Positions 47,104 through 59,877 of a DNA stretch of 64,000 nucleotides are shown here, piece after piece. Location of the stretch: positions 46,500,001 to 46,564,000 of the forward strand of contig NC_083288.1 in the NCBI RefSeq assembly GCF_963506605.1. The letters run 5' to 3'. The notes under the pieces were generated by a model that saw only the letters and a list, made by a program, of their open reading frames with translations, made no database searches and was not told the DNA's origin. Origin of the DNA: Zootoca vivipara (Eukaryota). A program made the translations under genes and the position numbers. Position 1 is the stretch's first letter. The number at the start of each line of letters is the position of its first letter.

Positions 47104-50100
47104 TCACTTCTTTCTCATTATTTGCTCCCTATTGTTCAGCTCAGGCCTCAGGACAATAATGTAGCATTTAGGAGCAAAGATACAGCCCAACAATCCAGCA
47201 CTGGAGGACAAGATGGAGAAGATCTCCACCACCACCATGGATTTCCCTTTGGTGCTCAGGTATGTTGGGACAAAAGACAGCCACACACTGCAAAACAGCA
47301 ACATGCTGAAGGTTATGAATTTGGCTTCATTAAAGCTGTCCGGTAATTTGCGAGCTGCAAATGCCACAATGAAGCTCGCAAAGGCCAGGAGGCCCATATA
47401 ACCCAGGACACAATAAAACATAGTCACTGAGCCTTCATTGCACTGCACAATGGTTTCTTCTGTTGCTGACTCCATGTCTAGAGTGGGGAATGGGGGAGAA
47501 GTCATCAACCACACAGTACAAATACTTGCTTGAGCAAGAGAGCAGGAAAAGACTATGACATTGGCCAGCCGTTTTCCTACCCACTTCCTCATACTAGACC
47601 CTGGCTTGCTAGCCATGAACACTATAACTACAGTGACAGTCTTTGCCAACACACATGAAACAGCCAATGAGAAGACGGTGCCAAACATTGGTTGGCGAAG
47701 AAGACAGGTGACTTTCCCAGGGTGTCCTATGAACAGAAATGACGAGAGGAAGCAGAGTAGGAGTGCAATAAGGAGAGCGTAGGTGAGATCCCTGTTGTTG
47801 GCTTTGACAATGGGAGTATCTTTGTGTTTGATAAAAGTTTCTATCACCAAAGTTGTGATCAGGGAAAAACAAAGAACAAGTGAGGCCAAGCTGATTCCTA
47901 AAGGTTCTTCATAAGTAAGAAAGCTTATTCTTTTTTGGATGCATCCATTTTTCTTCTTGTTTGGATACTGTTCTTCTGGGCATCTGACACAGTCATCCAT
48001 ATCTGAAAAAGAGGATAAGGTCAAATTTCAGCAGCAATTCATGTGTGCTCTTTGCTTTCATTGAATGGATCCTTTTAATTTTAAGGGAGCTGATGGTCAT
48101 ATAACATTATCTGAACCACCCTTTGAGTATTCTGCAGAATTTATCATATTCTCCTGGAATAATACCTCCTGCACATGGAGGTATTATTCCAGAAGAACCA
48201 ATACAGTGGTTTCAGTAGATTACTGGGCATTAGTGGGATCTTTGTGTTGCTGGGAAGACCAGAAGTGGCCTGGTAGAGCATCGTGTGCCAAGGTACCAAG
48301 ACTTCCCACCAATAACTCACATTTCACACGAAAATTAAGTTTTGGTTTTTGGCATTAATTTTGGCCACAACTTTATTTAAATACAACTGATGTGAGTGGT
48401 TGCTTAGGCATTGGTTCCCCAGCCATCTGTCCCCCGTCTGGGACAGATCTGACTCCCCTAGCGTACTGGGGAAGTCAGGATAGGTAAGCACCCTCTGAGA
48501 GAGGCTGGGGCAGGGCCACCAAGCCCTTGACCTCTCCCCCAGATGCTCCCCAAGGCTCATGCCTGGTCCTAGCCCCTACCGGGGGTACGGACAAACATGT
48601 GGAGCCCCAGGATTCCTTTAACGGAATACCCCTAAAGGCAGCAGCAATTTTGAGGGGCAGGCCAGCCAAATCCATACCCCTCCACCATCCAATTTGAACC
48701 AATGCCTAACCGCAACCTTACAAGTTGTGACATTTTGCTATATAGTAGGCAAAAACCACCTGGCACCAGCCAATCAGCCAAGTGGCAAAATTCCTACTAG
48801 GCCCCCACATCAAAACGGACGGCCCCATGACAGGCACAGCAACGTCATGTGCAAACAAACCCCTAAATATAGGGAGGGCGGGCGGGAGATCTGTTGCAAG
48901 CACCAAAAGTGAAACCATAAGCTGCTTGCTCAGTATATATAGGCTGTGGCTGTCAATCAAATAATTGCAACATAACATTCTCTCCAGCAACAATACCGCA
49001 GTGGCCATCCAAACGGACCCGCCCAACAAACCAGGGAACATCTTGTTAACCCTTCCACAACCCATGCTCTCCTTAAGGGGAGAACCTGCTGAATGAGGCT
49101 GGCCTTACCGAAATCAATATTGTGGTTGCTTTGTGGGATTCTTCACACTTTTCCCGAGACACACCAGTGTCCATCCCTGGTTAACACCTAAGCTTATTGT
49201 GTGCATCTCCCTCTTTCTGTGGAGTTTCAACAGCAGGTGCCCATTTGAATGATAACCCTCTGTAGATCCTAATACTTTTGCCACCCCTGCTTACCTATGC
49301 AATAATGAATAAAGTCTGGCCTAATTCCAGCCAACATGGATGTCTGCTGTATTTCATTGCAGTCATACACACAAGCCCCACTCATCTGAGATGTGTGAAA
49401 TCTATGCACATTGTATTGCACCAGGTTTATTTACTTTTTAATATTTCCTTCAAAAGGTACTGAAAATCAGCGGAAAAATATCAGCACACCGCTCTAAGCA
49501 GGATAGTGTGGTTTCATGTAAAATGTATCATTTAAATAATCTTTACTAATATTGAACAATGAAAAAGGTCATGTACCATTTTGGTTGGAAATCTTCCCTT
49601 CTGGACATGGAGTACAATCATAGCAGCAAAATTTCTGCCCTTCCTTCCTTTTCTTCTGATTACCTGGGCCGCAGTAGTCATTACACAGAGAAATGGGCAC
49701 CCCCTGCTCAGAAACAGGAAATATTTTCATAAGGGAGACATAATTTCTTTAAAAATGTGTTCGTCCACTGCACTTGAAATAAGAAATGAACCTCTCATGA
49801 AAAAAGAGGCAACAGACAATACATGGATTACATTAGGCTCACTTTATTAACTGTAACTTTAGGAACTGATAAATAGCAAAGGGGAAAATGTCTAAATATT
49901 CTATCAGTCTCCTAAACATGTCTTGATGAGGTGATGTCTTCCTCATAACACCAGACCACATAACACCGGTCCTAAGAGACCTACATTGGCTCCCAGTACG
50001 TTTCCGAGCACAATTCAAAGTGTTGGTGCTGACCTTTAAAGCCCTAAACGGCCTCGGTCCTGTATACCTGAAGGAGCGTCTCCACCCCCATTGCTTAGCC

Positions 50101-53100
50101 CGGACACTGAGATCCAGCGCCGAGGGCCTTCTGGCGGTTCCCTCATTGCGAGAAGCAGAGCTACAGGGAACCAGGCAGAGGGCCTTCTCAGTAGTGGCGC
50201 CCGCCCTGTGGAACGCCCTCCCATCGGAGGTCAAGGAGATAAACAACTACCTGGCATTTAGAAAACACCTAAAGGCAGCCCTGTTTAGGGAAGTTTTTAA
50301 TCTGTGATATTTTAATGAATTTAGTATTTGTTGGAAGCCGCCCAGAGTGGTGGGGGAAACCCAGCCAGATGGGTGGGGTATAAATAAATAAAGAAATAAT
50401 TCACAGCACCATTTATTCCCACAAGTTCAGGTTAATGACAAAGGTTTATCTCACAGACACCCATACTTTGCCACATTTTTCACAAAGCCCTGTGATGAGT
50501 CACAAGAACCAGAATTCACATTTGTGCAACCTAGGCAAAGGAGGAGAAGGGAGGCATGTGGAAACCACTTTAGATCCTTTCTGAGCTCTTAACCAGCGGC
50601 AGAACACATCCACATATGAAGCCAGAAGAAGCTAATTGAGAGCCCTTTGGCTCCGCCCAGAAGGGGTTCCGATTGGGAAGTAATACTAGATCTTTAGGAA
50701 TATCTCAAATGTTGGGGTTTTGTCAGCCCTATTTAGATATGAAAATGATTTGATATGGGATCTTCAATTGAGACATGTTCAATTGAGACATGTTGAAGCA
50801 GAAACCACCCATATTTGCACCATGAGTATATTTTATCTGAATCATCCTAAGCTCTTCCATACATACAGTAAACAAAGCATAATAAATGTTATTAAAACTT
50901 CAACCAAGAAAAGAGAAAGTAAAGCTCAGTGCACACTTGCATCCATCTAGGTTTACAGACTTTTCCCATGAGGACATCAAAGAGAGAAGTAGTGCTGATC
51001 TCAAAAGTGCATCGGCTTAAAGGGATACCCGGATTCAGACCTGGTTAAAACCTTTGTTCCATATAATCATGTCCTCATGAATGATGGATTCTTTTCTGCT
51101 GGGAGCCCTGGGATCCACCCATCCAACCTTCACTCGAAGGAAAGACTGGTTTGGGAAGGTGAGCATGTTCATGATGTCAAATCCACCTCCCATTTCTCCT
51201 TCATTAGTAAAGGACACTGTTTCTCCAGCTGAGTTGTTAAAGGAAATGCCAGGAAGAAAATGGTGCAGCTAATTGAAAAAAGAAGGATGAAGGGGAAAGA
51301 ACATAATGGAGGTATTGAACAAAATGCCATGATTTATAAAGACCTTTCTTTATGAGCATTAGTTATGGAGCTTCACTTTACATAGACGGGGTATAAAAAA
51401 TCACGCGTTTTGACACAGCAGATGGAGACTTCTGGGGAAGGAAGATGGTGGACTGATGTTTGTTGGCAAGTGTGATCATACCTTTGAGATAAAATGCGGC
51501 TAAACTCTGAAATAGCCATTTTCTACATATTATTTATACCCCACCCACTCTGGGCGGCTTCCAACAAAATATTCAAAATGCAATAAAACATCAGACATTA
51601 AAAACTTCCCTAAAGTCTTCAGAAGTCTTCTAAAAGTCAGATAGTTGTTTATTTCCTTGACATCTGATGGGAGGGCACTCCACAGCAGTATTACTTTTGC
51701 AATAAAATTGTGATCGTGAAGCTGAGGCTCCAATACTTTGGCCACCTCATGAGAAGAGAAGACTCCCTGGAAAAGACCCTGATGTTGGGAAAGATTGAGG
51801 GCACGAGGAGAAGGGGACGACAGAGGACAAGATGGTTGGACAGTGTTCTCGAAGCTACGAACATGAGTTTGACCAAACTGCGGGAGGCAGTGCAAGACAG
51901 GAGTGCCTGGCATGCTCTGGTCCATGGGGTCACGAAGAGTCGGACACGACTAAACGACTAAACAACAACAACAACACAAAATTGTGATGAAATCTTTTTG
52001 TGTTACCTGCCAAGGCTGTAGATCTTGAAGTTTTAATCTTTCACTCATTACTCTCTGCTTGGATCCAGACAAAGAAATGGCTTGCAAAGTATGAGCCACA
52101 ACATAAATAGCATTGTAGATACTGTAACTATGGCCAGAGAGCTCCATTTCAAACAGTGACCTTGGAAGACTGTCCAGGCTCTCCTCCCCAGTACACACTT
52201 CATTGATGTCCATTGGTGCACTTGGATTTGGAAATATACAGTCAAATGCTTGCTCCCAGAAGACTTTGAAGAAACCTCCTGCCTTTGTCCAGGAAGGGTT
52301 TATGCTTTGAAGAAATTCCCTGAATTCTAGTAGATTTTGTGAATGAACTGTCAATAATATGGCACCTTGGAAGAACTGAAAATCCAAAAACTTACAGAAT
52401 CCTGTTAGTATTAAATCAGTCTGGGCTGTTAAGATCCACACCTTTTTAAATGCTTTGGTTTCCATATTTGTTGTGTCTTGCAAAAATACAAGACCACTCA
52501 GTGCTATAATTGTCAGGGATTCTCCATAGACAATAAAGGTAGTGACTTTATTATCTCTGAACACTGCATTCATACTTAATCCTACTTCATGCATTTCAGC
52601 CAGGTTATCAAGATGGACTTGATGTGGGATTATTTGTGTAAAGGCGGAACAAATTCCACTTTGGGAAAGCAACGGTTGGAATTTATTGATGAAATATTCT
52701 CCACTGTTATCATTAGGAACAAAGAGCCCAACCCATGTCCAACCAAAATGCTTAAGCAAGCGGATAATCCCTGTGTACTGGTGGGCTTCATTGGGCACCA
52801 TGCGATAAAAGGATGGGAATTGACTTGTGTCACTCTCCTCTGGAGGAAAGGAACCATATGCCAGCTAAAAGAAATTGTACAGATGTTATGCAGTAATGTT
52901 AAAATAATTCATCAGGTACCATGTGACTTTCCATAGAGGATGGAAGAATAAAATTTATGTGCAACCCTACACATAGCTTACCTGTGGAATCTTGTAGAGA
53001 CCTAATATGTCTACCATATGGAAGGACGTATCAGAGCCAAGTCCCCCAATGATGGATATGAGGGTTTTCTGTGTGTCACATTTGTAGTTGGGGATGAATC

Positions 53101-54409
53101 TACCCATTTTGAAGAGGAGGTCGAGTGTAGTGCGGTAGGTCATCCTTGCATCAAAATAGCTGTCATGGATGTGGAAGCCAAGTGTGATATTGGGCAAGAT
53201 GTTGGGATTCTCATTTATTTCTTTCACAGAAAATGCCAAGGCAAGTACATGTTGGTAGAATTTTGTCACCATGCTACAAATAAAGTAAATGATTTACAGA
53301 AATATAGTGTAATATTGATCACATTCTCTTTCAAAATAAGTCATACTAGTCAAGGGCTAATGGCAGCAGAGTTGTTGCAAGTAGAATCCCTGATCTTGTG
53401 CGGAGTAGAAATGAATAATTTCTCCACCACAAGTAAGACCCTCAAGTGTTTCAGTGCAAACTGTCTTAAACTAGCTACAAAACAAATAAGCTAGGATCCA
53501 CAATACAAAATACTGCAAAAGGGGATTTGGAGGGATGTATATTCCAGGGAGGGGTGTGCGGGTGGTGCTGTGGGTTAAACCACATAGCCTAGGGCTTGCC
53601 GATCAGGTCAGTGGTTCGAATCCTCGCAACGGGGTGAGCTCCCGTTGCTTGGTCCCAGCTCCTGTCAACCTAGCAGTTCGAAAGCACATCAAAGTGCAAG
53701 TAGATAAAGAGGTACCGCTCCAGCGGGAAGGTGAACACTGTTTCCATGTATTGCTCTGGTTCGCCAGAAGCGGCTTTGTCATGCTGGCCACATGACCCGG
53801 AGGCCAGCTGTACACTGGCCTCCTCAGCCAATAACGCGGGATGAGTGCCGCAACCCCAGAGTCGATCACGACTGGACCTAATGGTCAGGGGTCCCTTTAC
53901 CTTTACCTTATATTCCAGGGAATATGTGGCTGTTGTTGTTGTTTGCTGCTTTGAAGAATGCACAATACTAAGAATGTGACTGGGAAAGAAGAGTGCCCAG
54001 GTTAGATCAAGTAGGTTATTTGAGGACTCATAGATTTATTGATTCTTTGCCCCTCTCTTCACCTAAACAAATCTGGCACACCAGTAAATAAATACTAAGA
54101 ATGTGATGCTACCATTTCTGAGGCTTGCAATCTAAAAGGCATGACACAAAAGGAAAGGAAATTGAGAGAGATGTAGAGAGGGAAGCAGTCTTACTGTGGA
54201 ACCCCGAACAGATTCTGTGAAGGATGCTCTTTGAAGAAAACTTCATAAAATACATAATAGAGCTGAGAAGCTATCCCACCGATGATGAGGCCACCTGGCT
54301 GGTACCATTCATGTGGAAGAGGAAATGGATCACTCATAGGGCATGCCAGGGTATCTTCTTTGCATGCAACAGGCGATTGCAGGAAGAGAAATACCAAGAG
54401 CCACAACAT
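47104..54409 (-). CDS. Vmn2r: V2R vomeronasal receptor gene D, intact, ~872 aa
   Basis: e1 54409-54195, e2 53273-52982, e3 52864-52007, e4 51268-51041, e5 49703-49577, e6 48002-47104 (2619 bp). Confidence 0.92.
48290..49090 (-). mobile_element. ~0.8-kb unclassified repeat (copy 4, full length, reverse)
   Basis: Reverse complement of 22822-23647. Confidence 0.75.
49950..50395 (+). mobile_element. L2 LINE 3' end
   Basis: [53 protein letters not shown]; (AAAT)n tail. Confidence 0.85.
51715..51976 (+). mobile_element. RTE-BovB 3' end
   Basis: [41 protein letters not shown]; gagtcggacacgact plus (CAA)n tail. Confidence 0.88.
53553..53910 (+). mobile_element. Sauria SINE
   Basis: Full-length body ending in (ACCTTT)n; another degraded copy at about 57555-57790 (reverse). 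Confidence 0.85.
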
Positions 54410-55266
54410 CCTGCCTCTCTAAAAATGCAGAGCTTCCTGTGCCCATCAGTACCAGGTTCATGTCTTGAACTGGCTAGGGTGAATGATGCCTGGCTTTGCC
54501 AATGTAGTTCTACAAGAGAGCTCTGTGAACTGTTTTTGAGAATCACTTTCTTGGAAACACGTGCCTTTAATAGATTGTCAACACTCTGATTTCAAGTCTG
54601 GGAAAATAAATATAGGGTGGGGAAGTCAGAAAGGAAACTGATGAAGTATTGCCTATCTCTTCCCCCATTCCCAGCTCTCTATGGCTCATGGTATATTTTA
54701 TAATAACTTTCAGACTTGTTTTGGACTTTTCTAGTGCCTTCTTTAAAACCTCTTTGCCTGTGTTTATGTGAGGAAATTATAGTGATTTGGATTGTTGCTG
54801 GTAGAGATAATATGTTGCTCAGGGTCCCCACCACCCTTAGAGTGGCACTTTTGGCAAAAAGAGGCTGGTATTCGAGTGCTCCCCCAATGTCTCATCGTAA
54901 GTTGCCTCTGCCCCCTTGGGGCACACAAATAGATGGCAATTGCCTTTCTGTTTTCCCGTGTGAGTCAATGTCAATGGGAGTGAAGCCATTTTCTTTGGGG
55001 TTACAAAGCAGAAAATCCCAAAGTATGATCATAGCCCAATTCCAGTTTCATCTACGCAGTGAATATTTCTCTACACAATTTTGTTTTTAAGTGTAGTCTA
55101 GAAAATGACAGTTACTGGCCAATCCTATACACATGAAGGTATAAAGTTAAGTTAATCTGGGGAGAAGTACACCAGTTTGAAACACCATTCTGGAACAGGG
55201 CTAGTGCTGGCTGAGACAATCAAACCTTGTATAAGGAAAAGATGCTTTTAAAATAGAGTTTGAATC

Positions 55267-55465
55267 CACTGGTGGAGGAAGGTGGGTGCAGGGGGAGCGG
55301 TGCACCCTGGGTGCCATCCGGGGGGTGTCACCACGCACCACACCACAGGGTGTGCACCTCTCGCAGCGCACCCCCAGGATGCGTGCCGCTCACTGCACAC
55401 TCCCAGGAAGCTTGATGCTCGCCGCACCCCTGCCCAGTTATGCCCCAGCATGTGCTCCACTACTG
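55267..55465. mobile_element. hAT-type MITE
   Basis: Imperfect TIRs cactggtggag/ctccactactg; exact 8-bp TSD tttgaatc. Confidence 0.7.
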
Positions 55466-55771
55466 TTTGAATCCCTCATGCAAAAGAGGGACACTCTGGA
55501 GACATTCTTAGTAATCACCTATATACTAAAACCCTTAATATATAACAAATCAAGGTGAGCGTGGTCGCTCAGGAATGGCCTAACTATTGGGGCCTTGGCT
55601 GCACAAAATTGGGCCCACTGGCCAGATGTTCTTGATCCCTCATCAAAGGTGACAGAGCATTTTTATCTTTAATTTCAGAAACCTAAAACTTCCAAAATCC
55701 CTCCCGCAAAAGTGTATCACCTGGGTGGAGGAACCCAAAATAAACACTTTTATACTAAAACATGTAATAAA

Positions 55772-55994
55772 CAGTGGTACCTCGACTTACGAACAACTCG
55801 ACAACCAAATTTTTCGACTTACGGATGGGGGTAAATGTCTCGACATCCGAAAGGAAACCGCAGCAGTTTTAGATAGGGATTCTTTGACTTACGAATTTTT
55901 AGATGGGGTTGCTTCGACTTACAAATTTTTCTGATTCCAACCTACGAAGGTGCCTTCGGGATGGATTAAATTCGTAAGTCAAGGCACAACTGTA
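55772..55994. mobile_element. Tc1/mariner (Tigger-like) MITE
   Basis: cagtggtacctcgacttacga...tcgtaagtcaaggcacaactg-ta termini. Confidence 0.7.
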
Positions 55995-56029
55995 CAGCAA
56001 TACAATATATTAAGGGGGAAAGATACAGT

Positions 56030-59000
56030 TTACATCTTTTTCCTTATCAGTTGCTCCCTGTTGTTCAGCTCAGGCCTGAGCACAATGATGTAGCATTTAG
56101 GGGCAAAGATGCAGCCCAACAATCCAGCACTGGAGGATAAGATGGAGAAGATCTCCACCACCACCATGGATTTTCCTTTGGTGCTCAGGTATGTTGGGAC
56201 AAAAGACAACCAAACACTGCAAAACAGCAACATGCTGAAGGTAATGAACTTGGCTTCATTGAAACTGTCTGGCAATTTACGAGCAGCAAATGCCACAATG
56301 AAGCTGGCAATGGCCAGGAGGCCCATGTAGCCCAAAACACAGTAAAACAGGGTCACCGAGCCTTCATTACATTGCACAATGGTTTCTTCTGTTAGCGAGT
56401 GCATGTCTAGAGCAGGGAATGGGGGAGAGGTCATCAGCCACCCAGTACAAATAATCACTTGTATGAGGGAACAGAAAAGGACAATGTAGTTGGTCAGTCT
56501 TTTCCCTACCCACTTCCTCATACTGGAGCCTGGCTTGGTGGCCATGAAAGCTGCAACTACCGTGATGGTTTTAGCCAACACACAGCATACTGCCACAGAG
56601 AAGACAATGCCAAAAGTTGGTTGGCGAAGAAGGCAGGTCACTTTGCCAGGGTGTCCAATGAAGAGAAGAGATGAGAGGAAGCAGAGCAGGAGGGTGATGA
56701 GGAGAATGTAGGTGAGATCCCTGTTGTTGGCTTTGACAATGGGCGTGTCTTTGTGTTGAATAAAAGTTCCTAGCACCAAAGTTGTAACCAGGGAAAAAGA
56801 AACAGCAACGAAGGCTAAGCTGACACCTAAAGGTTCCTCATAAGAAAGAAAGCTTAGAGTTTTGGGGGTGCATCCATTTTTCTTCTTATTTGGATACTGA
56901 TTTTCTGGGCATCTGAAGCAGTCATCCATATCTGAAAAATAGAATAAAGTCAAACTCAAGGAGCAAATCATGTGTGTCTTTTGTCTAGTGTTTGATGTTT
57001 TTGCTGAATCTGACATAGGTATTTAAAAAGTCTTTTAAGGAGCCCTGCTGTACACCCAGCAGGGTGGTGGCCTTTGTCCAATGTCACTCGGACGGCAGAG
57101 CGAGTGGCACCTTGGTTTTTTGGGTTCAGTTAAATGAGACAAAAATGTATTCTACTCCCATATTTAATTTTCTGCAGGTTAGGATACAATTTGCCTTTCG
57201 TTTGGTTTCAGTAGCCATTTTTAGGCATTCTAAAGCCTTTGTCAAAATGACGGGCAGAAAAGCCATTGGGCAGAACCACATCAATAGGGGTGGACCATAA
57301 AGGGTTTATAAAATGATAGGAGCAAGGCATGTCCAATCTTGCCTATCTCTCTCTCTTTGACACGCACCCACATGCATGTGGTTACCTATTGGGAATCTGG
57401 AAGCTTATCTTACCAAACACAAAGGTCCAACCTTGTTCAACTCCGAAGGCTGCAGAGCGCATCCACAACATCAAGTAGAATGGCACTCAAACAGCAAGTG
57501 CTGGTTGCAATAAAGACCCTATATTCACCATAGTACCATGTCATCCCCTATTAAAAAGGTAAAGGTAAAGGACCCCTGACAGTTAAGTCCAGTCATGAAC
57601 GACTCTGGGGTTGCGGTTCTCATCTCGCTTTACTGGCCGAGGGAGCCTACGTTCGTCTGCATACAATATTTTGGGGTCATGTGGACAGCATGACTAAGCC
57701 ATTTGACCAGAGCAGCGCACGGAAATCCTGTTTACCTCCCCGCTGGAGTGCTACCTATTTATCTACTTGCACTTTTTCAGCATGCTTTCTCTTACCTGAA
57801 GCATAATAACTAAATTTATGGCCTAATTTCACCCAGGATGGATGTCTGGGTTGTCCCAGCCACCACAAAATTCTCAAACATGCAACTTTTTGTACAATTG
57901 TACTACTTGCCAGTTTCTCTTAAATTACGTCTAGAATGAAATCATTTTGGGGGGCTTAATTTCAGATCCACATGCATGGGATTTCCCCAGCCTTCTAAAT
58001 TTTTGAAGTTTTTGATGTGAAGTTACTGGAAAGTAGCAATGAAATATTAACACTATCCTGGTTACAGGCACAACATATTGTTTAAATTCTTTTCAACGGA
58101 TATTTGCTGATCTTGTAGAATTAAACCTGTCTACCATTCTGGTTGGAAATCTTCCCTTCTGGACATGGAACACAATCATAGCAGCAAAACTTATGCCCTT
58201 CTTTCCTTTTCTTCTGATTACCAGGGCGGCAGTAGTCATTGCAAACAGAAATAGGTATCACCTGTCAATAAACAGGAAATAATTTCAGAAGGGAGAAACA
58301 TCGAAAAGTAATGTTCAGCCTCTGAACTTCAGATAAGAAAGGGGTCCTCTCTTCACATAAATATCTGCATAGGATGGCTGCTTTGTACAAAGAACAGGTA
58401 TAGGCTTATTTTTGTTAGGAAACCAGAAAAAAAGAGGCAATACACTTGGCATGGATTAAACTAGGGCCTCTATCACTCTCCTAAACCTGTCAGGATTTGG
58501 TAAGCCCCTTTTGAGTCACACTGCCTTTGAGGCATAAAACTCCATGAAAGTGAAACAGGTCAACCTGAAAATACATCCTTCTCTGCCCCACAGGCTTAAG
58601 AGACCATTGTAGAAGTCTCTTAAATCAGAATTCAGTGGAGGGGTGTATCATCAATTCTGACATCCTCATTCATTTAATGTACACACCTGCCAAGTGATGA
58701 GAAAGCCAATTTCCATCATTACTGTATGTGGCTCCCACTAGTAACATGGGGAAGTGTGCCAACCCTACCCCTGGCCCCTTTTCTATTGAAAAAGAGACCA
58801 CCCTGTTGTGCCGTGGCTTAATAAATCCAGATAAGCATCTTCAAGACAACAGTTCTTTATTTAGGGCAAACAGGGACTGGGGATTAGGGTAAAGGGAAGC
58901 TGTATTTATAGGAACAAGGCTTGGGTGAAGAAGGATACATTTAGGCGGGAACCAATAACTTTCTGGCGGAACCCAATCATGCTGAGGATTGTGTTTGTCC

Positions 59001-59843
59001 CCTTTAAACAGACAAATGGATACTACTCCCGCCAGATTACAGAATATTTGAATTAATACACAACACGCTCATGAATCTTCGCTCATGAATCAGTTTTATC
59101 TGGAAAACCTGAACACTGCCGTACATAATAAATATTGTTTTAAAATTCATTTCAACTGGGAACATAGATTTGTTTGGCATGTTCATAGTTTCATCTACCG
59201 CAATCCAAAATATTTCATTGAAAATAGTAATGGTTGTTTTGGATAATGTGAATGACCCATTTGGAGAATGTGGGGCCCACATGAAAACCCTAGTCTCCAG
59301 ACCTGATTAAAACCATTGTGCCACATGATCTTGTCCTCATGAATGATGAATTCTTTTCCATCAACTGCATCAGAATCAACCCATCCAACCTTCACTCGAA
59401 GGAAGGACCTGTTTGGGAATGTGACTGTATTCATGATGTCAAATCCACCTCCCATTTCTCTTTGATCAGTAAAGGACACAATTTCTCCAGCTGAGTTGTT
59501 AAATGAAATGTCATAAAGAACAGGGTGGAGCTAATAAAAAGAGAAAAGAGAGTTGACTTGAAAAGAATATAATGGAGATTTTGAGCAAAATGCCATAATT
59601 TACAGAAACCCTTCTTTATGAATCTTATTTAGGTATAGTAAAAAAGCTTCAATTAACAAAGAGCACAGATGAAAAACAAGTGATTTTGACACAACAGATG
59701 GAGGCTTTATTATGCATTCACTGAACACATAATGTTATTTCTATCAACATCTACACAATTTAAAATGCGCACATTAATCTGTTTCAGTGGATAAGATTTG
59801 GAGTAACATTTCAACAGCACTTCTCTATCTGAATGCTATAGAG

Positions 59844-59877
<34 letters not shown>

